Below are positions 41,243-53,648 of a stretch of DNA of 64,000 bases, in pieces. The DNA lies in assembly GCA_028826165.1 (NCBI GenBank), contig JAPDFW010000136.1, positions 620,001 through 684,000 on the forward strand, written 5' to 3'. The first letter of the stretch is position 1. Every line of letters starts with the position of its first letter. Source of the DNA: Anaeramoeba ignava BMAN (lineage: Eukaryota; Protista; Anaeramoebae). The translations under genes and the position numbers were made by a program. Under the pieces are notes generated by a model. It was not told where the DNA came from. It searched no databases and was given only the letters and a program-made list of their open reading frames with translations.

Positions 41243-41314
41243 GTGAGATGAAGAAAACTTTATCTTTTTAAACAAATGATAATACTATGAGTACAGACTA
41301 GAGTCTCTGATCAC
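41243..41314 (+). ncRNA. Box C/D snoRNA, probable snR78/SNORD52 counterpart guiding LSU rRNA 2'-O-methylation
   Basis: Box C ATGAAGA 41248-41254; C'-like ATGATAA 41276-41282; box D CTGA 41307-41310; terminal stem TTGTGA/TCACAA. The guide CAGACTAGAGTC is complementary to conserved LSU GACUCUAGU(CUG). Confidence 0.85.
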
Positions 41315-41468
41315 AAAAAAATTAATATAAAATAATTTATAAATAAAAAAAAATTAAATAAACAAAAAAAAAAAAGCAAAAAAAAAAAAATAAAAGAAAA
41401 AAATTATTTTAAATTTTCTTTTTTTTCATTTTTTTCATTTCAATCAAAATTAAAACAATATAAAAACA

Positions 41469-43619
41469 ATGGCAAAAAAAGAAACTGTTGATCCAGCATT
41501 TGTTGGTCTTGGAAAAGAAACTGGTCTTTGGAAATGGAGAGTTGAAAAATTTAAAATTGTTACTTGGCCAAAAGAACAAATGGATCTTTTTATGTCAGGG
41601 GATTCATTTATTATTCTTAATGTAAAAAATAAAAAATAAATTAAAATAAATTAAAATAAATCAAAATAAATTATTTTCTTAGTCATTTTTTTTCATTTTA
41701 ATTTTGCTTTTTATTTATTTAAAAAAAAATTTTTTTTTGCTTTTTTTTTTTTGTTTATTAAAAGTCTTATCAAGTTCCAAAGATTTCCACAATTTATCAT
41801 GACATCTTTTTCTGGCTTGGAAAAGATACAACTCAAGATGAAGCTGGTACTGCAGCTTATAAAACAGTTGAACTTGATGATTATTTAGGGGGAGCTCCAG
41901 TTCAACGTATGAAAAAATAAATAATTATAAATAAAATTATAAATTAAATTATAAATAAAATTATAAATTAAATTATAAATAAAATTATAAATAAAATTAT
42001 AAATTAAAATATAAATTAAATTATAAATAAATTATAAATTAAATTATAAATAAAATTAAAAATAAATAATAAATAAAATAATAAATAAAATTATGAATTA
42101 AATAATAAATAAAATTATAAATTAAATTATAAATAAAAATATAAATTAAATAATAAATTAAATATATAAATAAAATTATAAATTAAATAATAAATTAAAT
42201 ATATAAATAAAATTATAAATTAAATTATAAATTAAATTATAAATTAAATTATAAATAAAATTATAAATAAAATTATAAATAAAATTATTAATAAAATTAT
42301 AAATTAAAATTATAAATTAAATTATAAATTAAATAATAAATTAAATAATAAATTAAATAATAAACAAATTATAAATAAAATTATAAATTAAATTATAAAT
42401 AAAAATTATAAATAAATTATAAATTAAATTATAAATAAAATTAAATAAATTATAAATTAAATTATAAATTAAATTATAAATTAAATTATAAATAAAAATT
42501 ATAAATAAATTATAAATTAAATTATAAATAAAATTATAAATAAATTATAAATTAAATTATAAATTAAATTATAAATAAAATTATAAATTAAATTATAAAT
42601 TAAATTATAAATTAAATTATAAATTAAATTATAAATTAAATTATAAATAAAATTATAAATTAAATTATAAATTAAATTATAAATTAAATTATAAATTAAA
42701 TTATAAATTAAATTATAAATAAAATTATAAATTAAATTATAAATAAAATTATAAATTAAATTATAAATTAAATTATAAATTAAATTATAAATTAAATTAT
42801 AAATTAAATTATAAATAAAATTATAAATTAAATTATAAATAAATTAAATATATAAATTAAATTAAAATATATAAAACAGACAGAGAAGTCGAAGGACATG
42901 AAAGTCAACAATTCCTTCAATTATTCAAACACATCCGATATGAAAGCGGTGGAATTGACACAGGATTCAAACACGTTGGACCTAAAGAATACAAACCAAG
43001 ACTTTTCCACATCAAAGGAAGAAGAAGTGTAAGAGTAGCCCAAGTAAAACTTGCATGCGAAAGCTTGAACGAAGGAGATGTTTTCATTCTTGATGCAGGA
43101 CTTACACTTTATCAATGGCATGGATCCAAATGCAATCCAAATGAAAAACGCAAAGGAAGCGAAGTTGCTAATGCAATTAAACATGAAAGAGGCGGAAAAC
43201 CAGTGATCAAAATTGTCGAACAAGCAGAAACACCAAAAGAATTCTGGGATCTTCTTGGCGGACAAGGAAAAATCAAATCAGCAGAAGAAGCTGGTGATGA
43301 TATTGAATATGAAAAAGCAAAAATTGCAGAAAAGAAATTATTCCGTTTATCTGATGAAAGTGGAAAACTTGAATTCAAATTGGAAGCCCAAGGAAAAGAT
43401 GTTAATAAATCACTTCTTGATACAAATGATGTTTTTATTCTTGATAACGGATCGGAACTTTTTGTTTGGATCGGCAAAAAAGCTACTAAACAAGAAAAGG
43501 CTTCAGGAATGAAATACGCAACTGAATACTTGGCTAAATTCAACAGACCTGTTTACACTCCAATCTCTCGTTTCTTGGAAGGTGGTGAAACCGATTTATT
43601 CACACAAGCTTTCAACTAA
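41469..43619 (+). CDS. Three-domain gelsolin/severin-family actin-severing protein; exons 41469-41621, 41765-41906, 42880-43619
   Basis: WRVEKF; [32 protein letters not shown]|HREVEGHES; [10 protein letters not shown]; [10 protein letters not shown]; FVWIGK. Confidence 0.95.
41915..42870 (+). repeat. (AAATTATAAATT)n-filled intron 2 of gelsolin
   Basis: Seen directly; almost pure A/T. Confidence 0.9.
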
Positions 43620-43865
43620 ATCAATTTCACTTTCTTTTTTTTCCTCAATTTTTCCTAAAACAAAAAAAAACGGAAATTGATTTTTTTTTTCAAATTCTCA
43701 TTCCTTTTCATTTTAATTCAAATTTTTAATTCCAATTTTTAATTCCAATTTTAAATTCCAATTTTAATTCCAATTCATTTTTCTTTCAACAAAAAAAAAA
43801 AAAACAAAACCAAAAAAAAATTTTTTTCATTTTTTAATTTTTCATTTTTTTTCATTCATTTTAAA

Positions 43866-46260
43866 ATGAAAATCTCTTTTAATTTTTTAATTGTTTTATT
43901 TCTAATTTTTTCAATTTCTTTTTTTTTAACAAAAGCAAATAATTTTGCAAGTACAAATCGTTTTAAAAGAAAAAGAATTGAAAGAAATAGAAAAAATAAC
44001 AAAAAAAGCATTTAAAGAAAAAGATATTGAAAAATTCACACCTCAAAATCTATTCTATTCAATTTTAACCTTCAAAACACTTTCCAAAATTTCAACCGAA
44101 AACAAACCATTTGAAACAAAAAATTTCCCAAAAAATTTACCAATTTCTAAAGAAAAAATATGCAAATTTGTTATTGAAAAAGTAGTTTCTGATTATAATT
44201 TTGAAAATGTCGACAAATCAATTATGGAGTTGAAATTTTTAACAGAAATTTATTCAGAAATGGATTGCAAAGCTGAGAAAAATGCGAATTTAGTGATTCC
44301 CAAAAGAACAATTTCGAAATTGCGAGCAAAATTAAATTCAAGAAATTCTGAAGTAATTTCTAATTCAGGAATAACTTTAATTAATTTTATCAAATTTTTT
44401 GATGTCGAAAAATCACGTGAAGAAATCATCCCCAAAATCATGACAAAACTTGATTCTCTGTTGGATTCACTTGAAGAATATGATGAAAATGAAGAAGATA
44501 ATGATGACGATTATTCTTCTTATGAAAAACATTCTTATCAAACAAAAGATTCAGAAAAACTCGCAACTGTTCTTGAATTATTCAGTAAAATCAATAGTGA
44601 TTTATTGAAAAAAGAAAATGAGGAAAAGAATCCAGAATCGTTTGAATTACTCAAGCAAAGACTAAAAGGTGTTATTGAGGATATTTCGGATTATATTGTT
44701 TATATTGAAGAAGAAATTGAAGACGAAGATTTAAGTGAATTGCTCATCAAAACAAGCCTCCAAAACTCCGCAAGTTTCCACAATCGCAAGGACAATCCCG
44801 ACCCCAAAATAACATCAACCATTTTAAATGCACTTTGTGTTATCAAAGATGTTCTTGAAATTGATATTGAACCTCGTATTTTTTCTGACAGTTTTTCCAA
44901 TGAAATTGCAAATTTTTTCCTCAGTTTTAAAACTTCAAAGGAAATATCTCTCATCTCTCAAATGCTTTCATCTCTTGCTCTGATTAACTCAAGAAGCGAT
45001 ATCTACATCAAGCCTGTGGCTGTTACTGTTGTTGATGGAGATAAAATCACACTTGCTTCTTCTCAAGCAAAAGGATCCAAAATTGATTTTTTTGTTTCGG
45101 ATTTATTTGCTAATGAAATTGAAGGAATTTCCGAAGTTTTTGTTAATAAAATTGTTCGGATTGGTGAGCACAAATCACAAGTGTTGTCGAATTTAAAATT
45201 GGAAAGCGCGAAAAAGAATATTTTTGAGTTTGATTTTTTGTCTTCAAAACCTATGGTTGGAATTTATAAAACTGACTTAAAAATTGAACATATTCTGGAA
45301 GACAAAAGCAAAGAAAACGAAGAAAAAGAATCAAGAACAATTTACTCCTCAATATTGCTTAAGGTTGTTGGACCAATCACTGTTTCAGATATTGAAATTT
45401 CTGTTTCAGATAAAATCACAACAAGAACAACTAAATTCCGTTCAGTTTTTCCAGAACCAATTTCAGGTCTTTATGAGATTGATTCATCAAAACAAACAGA
45501 GATTTCCTTGAAAATTTACAATTTACTCACAACCCAATACGAATTTCCTCACCAAGTCATGCTGAGATTAACAAAAATTCAAGAGCAAAGTGATTCAAAT
45601 GAAGCGGAAAAAAATCATAAATTTTCACAAAAAGAAAATCCAACTTATTATTTAACAATGAAACCAATTGCAGATATTTTAAGAACAGAAATCAAGAAGA
45701 AATCCAAATTCAATTACGTTTCACAATTTAGTTTCCAAGAAATCGCATCTCAATTTTTAATGGAATCAGGAAAATACTCAATGGAATTAATTGTTGGTGA
45801 TTTTTTTACTGAAAAACCGATCACTTGGTTTTTATCGGAAATCTATTTGAATTTTGAAAATGTTTCAATCACAAGTGAAGAATACTCAAAATCAAAAGAA
45901 TTCTTATTTTCTGCTAAACCAGAAATATGGGCAAAAACACCAGAAGAAAAAGTTTGCAAAGAACGTTTCATTTCAAAAATTTTTGCAATTATTGTTTTAA
46001 TTCCATCTCTCTTTTTGATTGTGTTTTTGTTCAAAATTGGAATCAATTTCGGAAACTTCCCTTCTTTATTAAAAGATGGTTTAATTCCTTTCGTTCTTAA
46101 CAATTTATTTGTGATTGGTTTGTTTTTGGTTGGTTATGTTCTTGTTATGCTTTGGATTCAATTCGATATTTTTCAAACAACTTTATATCTTTTTTTCTTA
46201 ACACTTCTTCTTGGATTTACTGGAATTTTTGGTTTTCAAAAGAAACAAAAAGTTGATTAA
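43866..46260 (+). CDS. RPN2: Oligosaccharyltransferase subunit ribophorin II (RPN2/Swp1)-like; the signal-peptide start at 43866 is joined to the long ORF by a +1 shift
   Basis: Signal peptide MKISFNFLIVLFLIFSISFFLTKA; PHQVMLRL; SGKYSMELIVGD; KPEIW; three C-terminal TM helices. Confidence 0.8.
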
Positions 46261-46504
46261 TTTTTTTTTTTTACCAATTCAAAACAAAAAAAAAAATTTT
46301 TTTTCTTTAGGGAAAATTAATCAAAAATCAAAAATCAAAAAAAAAAAAAGGAATAGATAACTTAAAAAACAAAAGAAATTTAATAAAATAAAATCATTTT
46401 CAAAGTTTTTTGTTTTATGATTGGTTTAAAAAAAAAAGAATAAAAAAAAGTTTATTTAATTGTTTTTTTTTTTAAATTTTTTTTGATTTTAATAAATGAA
46501 TCAA

Positions 46505-48603
46505 TTAACAACATCCTTTTTTTGTTTTTGCAACATCTGTTGTTGGTCTTAAAACATAATTTGGATCTTCTGCTTGAATTTTTTTGAAACTACTTTTTAA
46601 AATCCAAAAAAAAAAAAAACAAACAAATTTTTCAATCAATATAAAAACAATAAATTATTAAATGAAATCAATACTTTTCAAGAGCATCAGCAACTAAAGT
46701 TTTAAAAGCTTCATCTAAATTTTCACCATTTTTTGCGCTTACTTCAAAATATTTACAATTATGTTCATCTGCTATTTTCTAAAAAGAAGAAACAAAAAAG
46801 CAATTTAAATAAAAAAGAATTTTTTTTTCTTTCAAAAGAAAATCTACTTTTGCTTCTTCATATGAAACAGTTCTTTCATCTGTTAAATCACTTTTGTTTG
46901 CAATTAAAATAATATTAGTATGTTTTGGAGCATATGATGAAATTTCTGAAAACCATTGTGAAACTTGTTTAAAAGTAGATGTATTTGTTAAATCAAAAAC
47001 AACCATAATTCCATCAGCATTTCTATAATAAGTTCTTGTAATTGAACGAAATCTTTCTTGTCCTTAATTTGAATTTAATTTTGAATTTAATTTTGATTTT
47101 GATTTTAGATTTTGATTTTGAATTTAATTTTGATTTTGATTTTGATTTTTGATTTTTGATTTTGATTTTGAATTTTGATTTTGATTTGAATTTTAATTTT
47201 AATTTTAATTTTGAATTTGAATTTAATTTTAATTTTAATTTTAATTTTAATTTTAATTTTGATTTTGATTTTAGATTTTGATTTTGATTTTGATTTTGAT
47301 TTTAATTTTAATTTGAATTTGAATTTGATTTTGAATTTGATTTTGAATTTTAATTTTAATTTTGAATTTTAATTTGAATTTGAATTTGAATTTGAATTTG
47401 AATTTTGATTTTGAATTTAAATTTGAATTTTAATTTGAATTTAATTGTGAATTTGATATTGATTTTAATTTTAATTTTGAATTTGAATTTGAATTTGATT
47501 TTGAATTTTAATTTTAATTTTAATTTGAATTTTGATTTTAATTTTGAATTTTAATTTGAATTTTAAATTTGAATTTAATTGTGAATTTGATATTGATTTT
47601 AATTTTAATTTTGAATTTGAATTTGAATTTGATTTTGAATTTTAATTTTAATTTTAATTTGAATTTTAATTTTAATTTTAATTTTAATTTGAATTTGAAT
47701 TTGAGTTTTAACTTTAATTTTGAATTGTGAATTTTAATTTTAATTTTAATTTTAATTTTAATTTGAATTGTGAATTTGAATTTAAATTTGAAATTGAATT
47801 TTAATTTTGATTTTGAATTTGATTTTAATTTTGATTTTAATTTGAATTTAAATTTGATATTGATTTGATTTTAATTTTAAAATGAATTTTTATTTTGATT
47901 TGATTTTAATTTTAAAATGAATTTTTATTTTGATTTTGAATTTGATTTTAATTTTGATTTGATTTTAATTTTGATTTTAATTTTAATTTTGATTTGATTT
48001 TGATTTGATTTTAATTTGAATTTGATATTAATTTTTATTTTGAATTTTAATTGTGAATTTTAATTTGAATTGTGAATTTGATTTTAATTTGAATTTAAAT
48101 TTGAATTTGAATTTGAATTTTAATTGTGAATTTTAATTGTGAATTTTAATTTTAATTTGAATTTTAATTTTAATTTTGAATTTGATTTTGAATTTGATAT
48201 TGATTTTCATTTTGATTTTGAATTTGAATTGTGAATTTTAATTTGAATTTTAATTTGAATGAGTTAAAAGAAGAAGAATAATTAAGAGATAAAAAGAGAG
48301 AAAAATTTATAAAAACTAAATAAGGAAAATTACCAGCAGAATCCCACTAAATTAAAAAATTAAAATAAAAAATTAATAAAAAAATTAATAAAAAAATTAA
48401 ACGAATAAAATACAATTTGAAGTTTAATTGGAGTTTTTTCAACATCTAATGAAGTGAAATCTGAAATCAACGCCTATTGTTGCTCTATGATCTGGAGAAA
48501 AATCACCGTCGCAAAATTTTAAAAGTAAACAGCTTTTACCTACAAGTGAATCTCCAACAAGTAATAGTTTCATTACTTTTGGTTGTGAAAATTTTGGGTT
48601 CAT
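46505..48603 (-). CDS. Rab GTPase (Rab1-like); exons 48603-48414 (one extra base), 48346-48334, 47062-46848, 46778-46675, 46592-46505
   Basis: GDSLVGKS; TIGVDF; KLQI|WDSAG|QERFRSIT.TYYR; NKSDL; EVSAK; C-terminal GCC. Confidence 0.9.
47065..48260 (-). repeat. Hexamer-mix (AAAATT/AAAATC/AAATTC)n-filled intron 2 of the Rab gene
   Basis: Seen directly. Confidence 0.9.
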
Positions 48604-48872
48604 TAATTCTCCTCAAAATAAAATGATCAAATAATAAAAAAAATAATTCAAAAAAAAAGTTGAAAAAAAAAATGAAAAAAAATGAATTTTTTCAAATGAT
48701 TTTTTTTTTGCTTTTTTTTTTATTTTTATTTTATTTGGTTTTGTTTTTTTATTCTCTTATTCTTTTATAAAAAAAAGTTTTATTTTATCTTCTATTTTTT
48801 TTTAAATAAAATTCTGTTTAAAATCCTGTCAAAAAAGAAAAGAGAAATTTTTGTTTTTAATCTTTTTTTTTT

Positions 48873-49977
48873 TTAATAATGATAATCAATCCATTTTATA
48901 TCTCCAACAATTACAATTTTGCCTGGAAGAGTAACTGAAGAAGGAGAAAGATATGATAATTTTTGTTTTTGGGTATCTACTTGTGATCTAATTTAAAAAA
49001 TAGATTTAAAATTTAGATTTAAAATTAGATTTAAAATATTAAAAATTTGGATTTAAAAATTTAGATTTAAAAATAGATTTAAAATTAGATTTAAAATAGA
49101 TTTAAATTAGATTTAAAATAGATTTAAAATTAGATTTAAAAATAGATTTAAAAATAGATTTAAAATAGATTTAAAATTAGATTTAAATTTAGATTTAAAA
49201 TAGATTTAAATTAGATTTAAAAATAGATTTAAAATAGATTTAAAAATAGATTTAAAAATTTGGATTTAAAATAGATTTAAAAATAGATTTAAATTAGATT
49301 TAAAAATAGATTTAAAAATTTGGATTTAAAATTTGGATTAAAAATAGATTTAAAAATTTGGATTTAATTTAGATTTAAAAATTTAGATTTAAAAATTTAG
49401 ATTTAAAAATTTGGATTTAAAAATTTGGATTTAAAATTGAAATAAATTATTTACATAAAAATAAATCCTGCAATATTAGAATATTTTATATCAGAACTAG
49501 TTAATTCTCCACCATCTATATTTGCAAATGAAACTGCCACTATTGAAGATTGAAAACTTTCATTTGGATCTGTTCGATTTACTCTAACAGGATCTAAAGT
49601 TGATCTCCTACCAATTGGAAGTGCAGATTTTGGAACAATAACTATAAATTGTTTTTGATTTGAAATTGAGTATTTTAAATGAAATTTTTGAATTTCAGAT
49701 TTAAATTTGATAAAATACAATCAGAAATTGTATAAAATTTAAGTTCAAGAAATGAAATTTCAAAGGAATAAGGATTTAATTTTTGATCAGTTCCATAAAA
49801 ATAATCTCTAATTTTTTGAAATCTATATTTTTTTCGAAATTGTTTTGATTGAAATTTAACACCACCCGATTTTAAAAGATGAATAACATCAACTTTTTTT
49901 TGAGTTTTAACTTGAGAATCATCTTTTTTCAAAGATTCAATGTTTTCTAAATTGGTTTGATTTAAATCATTCAATGA

Positions 49978-50015
<38 letters not shown>

Positions 50016-51424
50016 CATTATCACTATTTTTATCTTTTTCTTGATTATTTTTTATCTTTTTATTATTTATATCTAAATCTATTTTAAGATCATTATATAA
50101 AGTTTCATCTCCAAGAACAATAACAATATCAATTTCAAATATTCTTATTAAATCTAAAAGAAGTAAATATTCATTATTATCTTCACATCCAAATGACATT
50201 GTGTTGACAATTATTCCTGATGATTTGAGTAGTGAAACTTTGTTAATTTTTTCATTAATAGTTTTTGAAAGTTGAGTAGATAATTCACGAAAGAAATTTC
50301 GATTTTTTTTGATTGTTAGATATCCAAAAAAATAAACAATTGAAGAAGATATTGAAATTCCTTCCTTTTTAATTTTAATTTTAATTTTAATTTTAGTTTT
50401 AATTTTAATTTTAATTTTAATTTTAATTTTAATTTTAGTTTTAGTTTTAATTTTAATTTTAATTTTAATTTTAATTTTAATTTTAATTTTAATTTTAATT
50501 TTAATTTTAATTTTAATTTTAATTTTAATTTTAATTTTAATTTTAATTTTAATTTTAATTTTAATATTTTAATTTTAATTTTAATTTTAATTTTAATTTT
50601 AATTTTAATTTTAATTTTAATTTTAATTTTAATTTTAATTTTAATTTTAATTTTAATTTTAATTTTAATTTTAAAATGAATTTTAATATTAATTTTAATT
50701 TTAAATTTTAATTTTAAATTTAATTTTGATTTTAAATTTAATTTTGAAATTCACTTCAATATCAATAGGTCTAACTAAAGTTTGTGCTGAAATTGCTCCA
50801 GGAATTGAAGATTCACCATTTCCTATATCAAGATCTACATAACAAGGAGAACTTTCTTCACGAAGAGAATAATTTAACAATATTTTAGAAACAGAACTCT
50901 TTCCAGAATCAGGAGGACCTGTTACTAAAACACGAGGACCTCCAATATTTGGATTTTCTCTTGCATTTTTTCTCATTTTTCTAAAATTGAGTGCATATTT
51001 AAATAACTTTTCATTGGAGTATCTTCTCCTACATAACCTTTACCTTCTCCTTCAGTCTATAATTGTTATATTATTTGATTATTATGTTAATCAATTTATT
51101 TTTTTTATTCAATTTAATATTTCATTCATTCTTATTGTTTTCTTGTTAAATTTTTCTTTTTGTTTTCTTGTTAAAAATTTGAATTAAAAAATGATTGAAT
51201 TTCAAAATTTTTCTTTTTTCTTTATTTTCTATATTAACTTCTAAAACGCATCCATCCCAAGTAAAAACATGCCTTTTTGTTCCTGAAAATTTATATTTTC
51301 TATTTAAAGCCATTTCTGTTCCAAAAATTTCTCCTGTTCCTTTTCTAAGTGTAATATAAAAATTTTTCTTAAAATCAACTTCAAATCTAAATTCTTGTTC
51401 TGGTTTTAAAACAATTTCTTCCAT
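48873..51424 (-). CDS. CLP1: Polyribonucleotide 5'-kinase CLP1; exons 51424-51239, 51056-50755 (one A missing at ~50978), 50364-49719, 49641-49455, 48987-48873
   Basis: EFRFEV; EIFGTEM; TPMKSYLN; GPRVLVTGPPDSGKSS; YVDLDIG; KSGGV; IRDYFYG; SALPIG; AGFI. Confidence 0.93.
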
Positions 51425-51437
51425 TTTATAATTTTAA

Positions 51438-51520
51438 AAAAATGAAAAATGAAAAATGAAAAATGAAAATGAAAAATGAAAAATTAAAAATTAAAAATTA
51501 ATTTTTTTTCATTTTTTTCT
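51438..51520. promoter_or_regulatory. Compact bidirectional promoter between CLP1 and the RRM gene, with opposed TCATTTT motifs
   Basis: There are 105 nt between the two ATGs. Six AATGAAAA copies (TTTTCATT on -) face CLP1, and TTTTCATTTT on + faces the RRM gene. Confidence 0.6.
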
Positions 51521-51529
51521 TTTTTTAAA

Positions 51530-53490
51530 ATGGAATCACAAAAAATATTTGTTGGAAATATTCCACCAGATATAAGTAAAACAGAATTACATCATTATTT
51601 CCAACGATTTGGAAATGTGTACAAATTCAAATTTAATTCAAATTCAATTCAATTTAATTCAAATTTAATTCAAATTTAATTCAAATTTAATTCAAATTTA
51701 ATTCAAATTTAATTCAAATCTAATTTAAATTTAATTCAAATCTAATTTAAATTTAATTCAAATCTAATTCAAATCCATTTAATTCAATTTAATTCAAATT
51801 TAATTTAATTCAAATCAATTTAATTCAAATTTAATTCAAATTCAAATCAATTCAAATTTAATTCAAATTTAATTCAAATTTAATTCAAATTTAATTCAAA
51901 TTTAATTCAAATTTAATTCAAATTTAATTCAAATTTAATTCAAATTTAATTCAAATTTAATTCAAATTAATTCAATTCAAATTTAATTCAAATTCAAATT
52001 TAATTCAAATTTAATTTAAATTTAATTCAAATTTAATTCAAATTTAATTTAAAAATATTGGAACAGAGAATTTTCTCATCTTGTTTATCGAAGAAATTTA
52101 CCTAAATTTGCTTTTGTTAAAATGAAAAGTGTTGAAGATATGAATAAAGTTCTTGGTATGAAAAATCCAGTTCTTAGAGGTTATGCTTTAAAAATTTCAT
52201 TTGCAAAACCACGAGCAACAAAAGAATCAACTTGTATATTTCCTATATATATGAATAGATGGAAAATTGCAGCTCCTTTACAAGAACCAAGCAAAAAATC
52301 TGTTATTGTTTCAAATGTTTCAAATTCAGTTAATGAAGAAGAATTAATTAGATATTTTTCAAGTATTATTTTAACTATAAAATTATTTTCAAGATTATTT
52401 ATAAAATAATCTGTTTGATTTTTATTTTGTTAAATCAGGAGAATTAAGAACATCAAATATTTATTGTTCTCTTAAAAAAGAAAAATTTCGATCTTTTGCA
52501 TATGTCACTTTTGAATCTGAAAATATTCAAAAAAGAGCTTTAGAAATGAAACATCCATTTCTTCAAGGTCGAAAAATGAGAATCAGAATTAAATATGATG
52601 TGATTAATTTATTAAAAATATATAAATATTAAATATTAAATTTTTGAATTAATTTGGATTTTAATTTCCATTTTTTAAAAAAAAAAGAATATTGTTGATG
52701 ATTCTCAAGAAAATGAAAATCAAAATCAAAATCAAAATCAAAATCAAAATCAAAATCAAATTCAAAATGAAAATCAAAATGAAAATCAAAATCAAAATCA
52801 AAATCAAAATCAAAATCAAAATAAAAATGAAAATCAAATTCAAAATCAAAATGAAAATCAAAATCAAAATCAAAATCAAAATCAAAATCAAAATGAAAAT
52901 CAAAATGAAAATAAAAATGAAAATCAAAATCAAAATCAAAATCAAAATCAAAATCAAAATCAAAATCAAAATCAAAATCAAAATCAAAATCAAAATCAAA
53001 ATCAAAATCAAAATCAAAATGAAAATCAAATTCAAAATCAAATTCAAAATCAAAATCAAAATGAAAATCAAAATGAAAATCAAAATCAAAATCAAAATGA
53101 AAATAATGAAAATAATCAAAATCAAAATGAAAATCAAATTCAAAATCAAAATCAAAATGAAAATCATAATCAAAATGAAAATCAAAATCAAAATCAAAAT
53201 GAAAATCAAAATCAAAATGAAAATCAAATTCAAAATCAAAATGAAAATCAAAATCCAAATCCAAATATAAATCAAAATCAAAATCAAAATCAAAATCAAA
53301 ATCAAAATCAAAATCAAAATCAAAATCAAAATCAAATTCAAAATCAAAATCAAAATCAAAATCAAAATCAAATCAAAATCAAAATCAAAATCAAAATCAA
53401 AATCAAAATCAAAATAAAAATAAAAATCAAAAATTCGAATATAAAAGTATTTTTGATTCTGATAATGAAGATGATGAAGATTCAAATTAG
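51530..53490 (+). CDS. Two-RRM RNA-binding protein with an N/Q-rich tail; exons 51530-51618, 52067-52362, 52439-52599, 52688-53490 (indel in the repeat)
   Basis: RNP2 IFVGNI and VIVSNV; RNP1-like FAFVKM and FAYVTF. The intron phases are consistent. Confidence 0.8.
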
Positions 53491-53648
53491 TTTCTTTTTT
53501 GTTTTCTTTTCTTTTTTTAACAAAAAACAAATTTTTATTATTGAAACAAATTTCATGTTTCAAAAATAAAATTATTTTCTAAAAATAATTTTTTCATTTT
53601 TTCATTTTTTATTTTTCATTTCAAAATTATTTTTTTGTTTTAAATAAT

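Noticed and set aside
50366-50700. (TTTTAA)n tract as an interstitial telomere
   Set aside because: It has no G-rich strand and lies within CLP1 intron 2, like the other intronic hexamer arrays.
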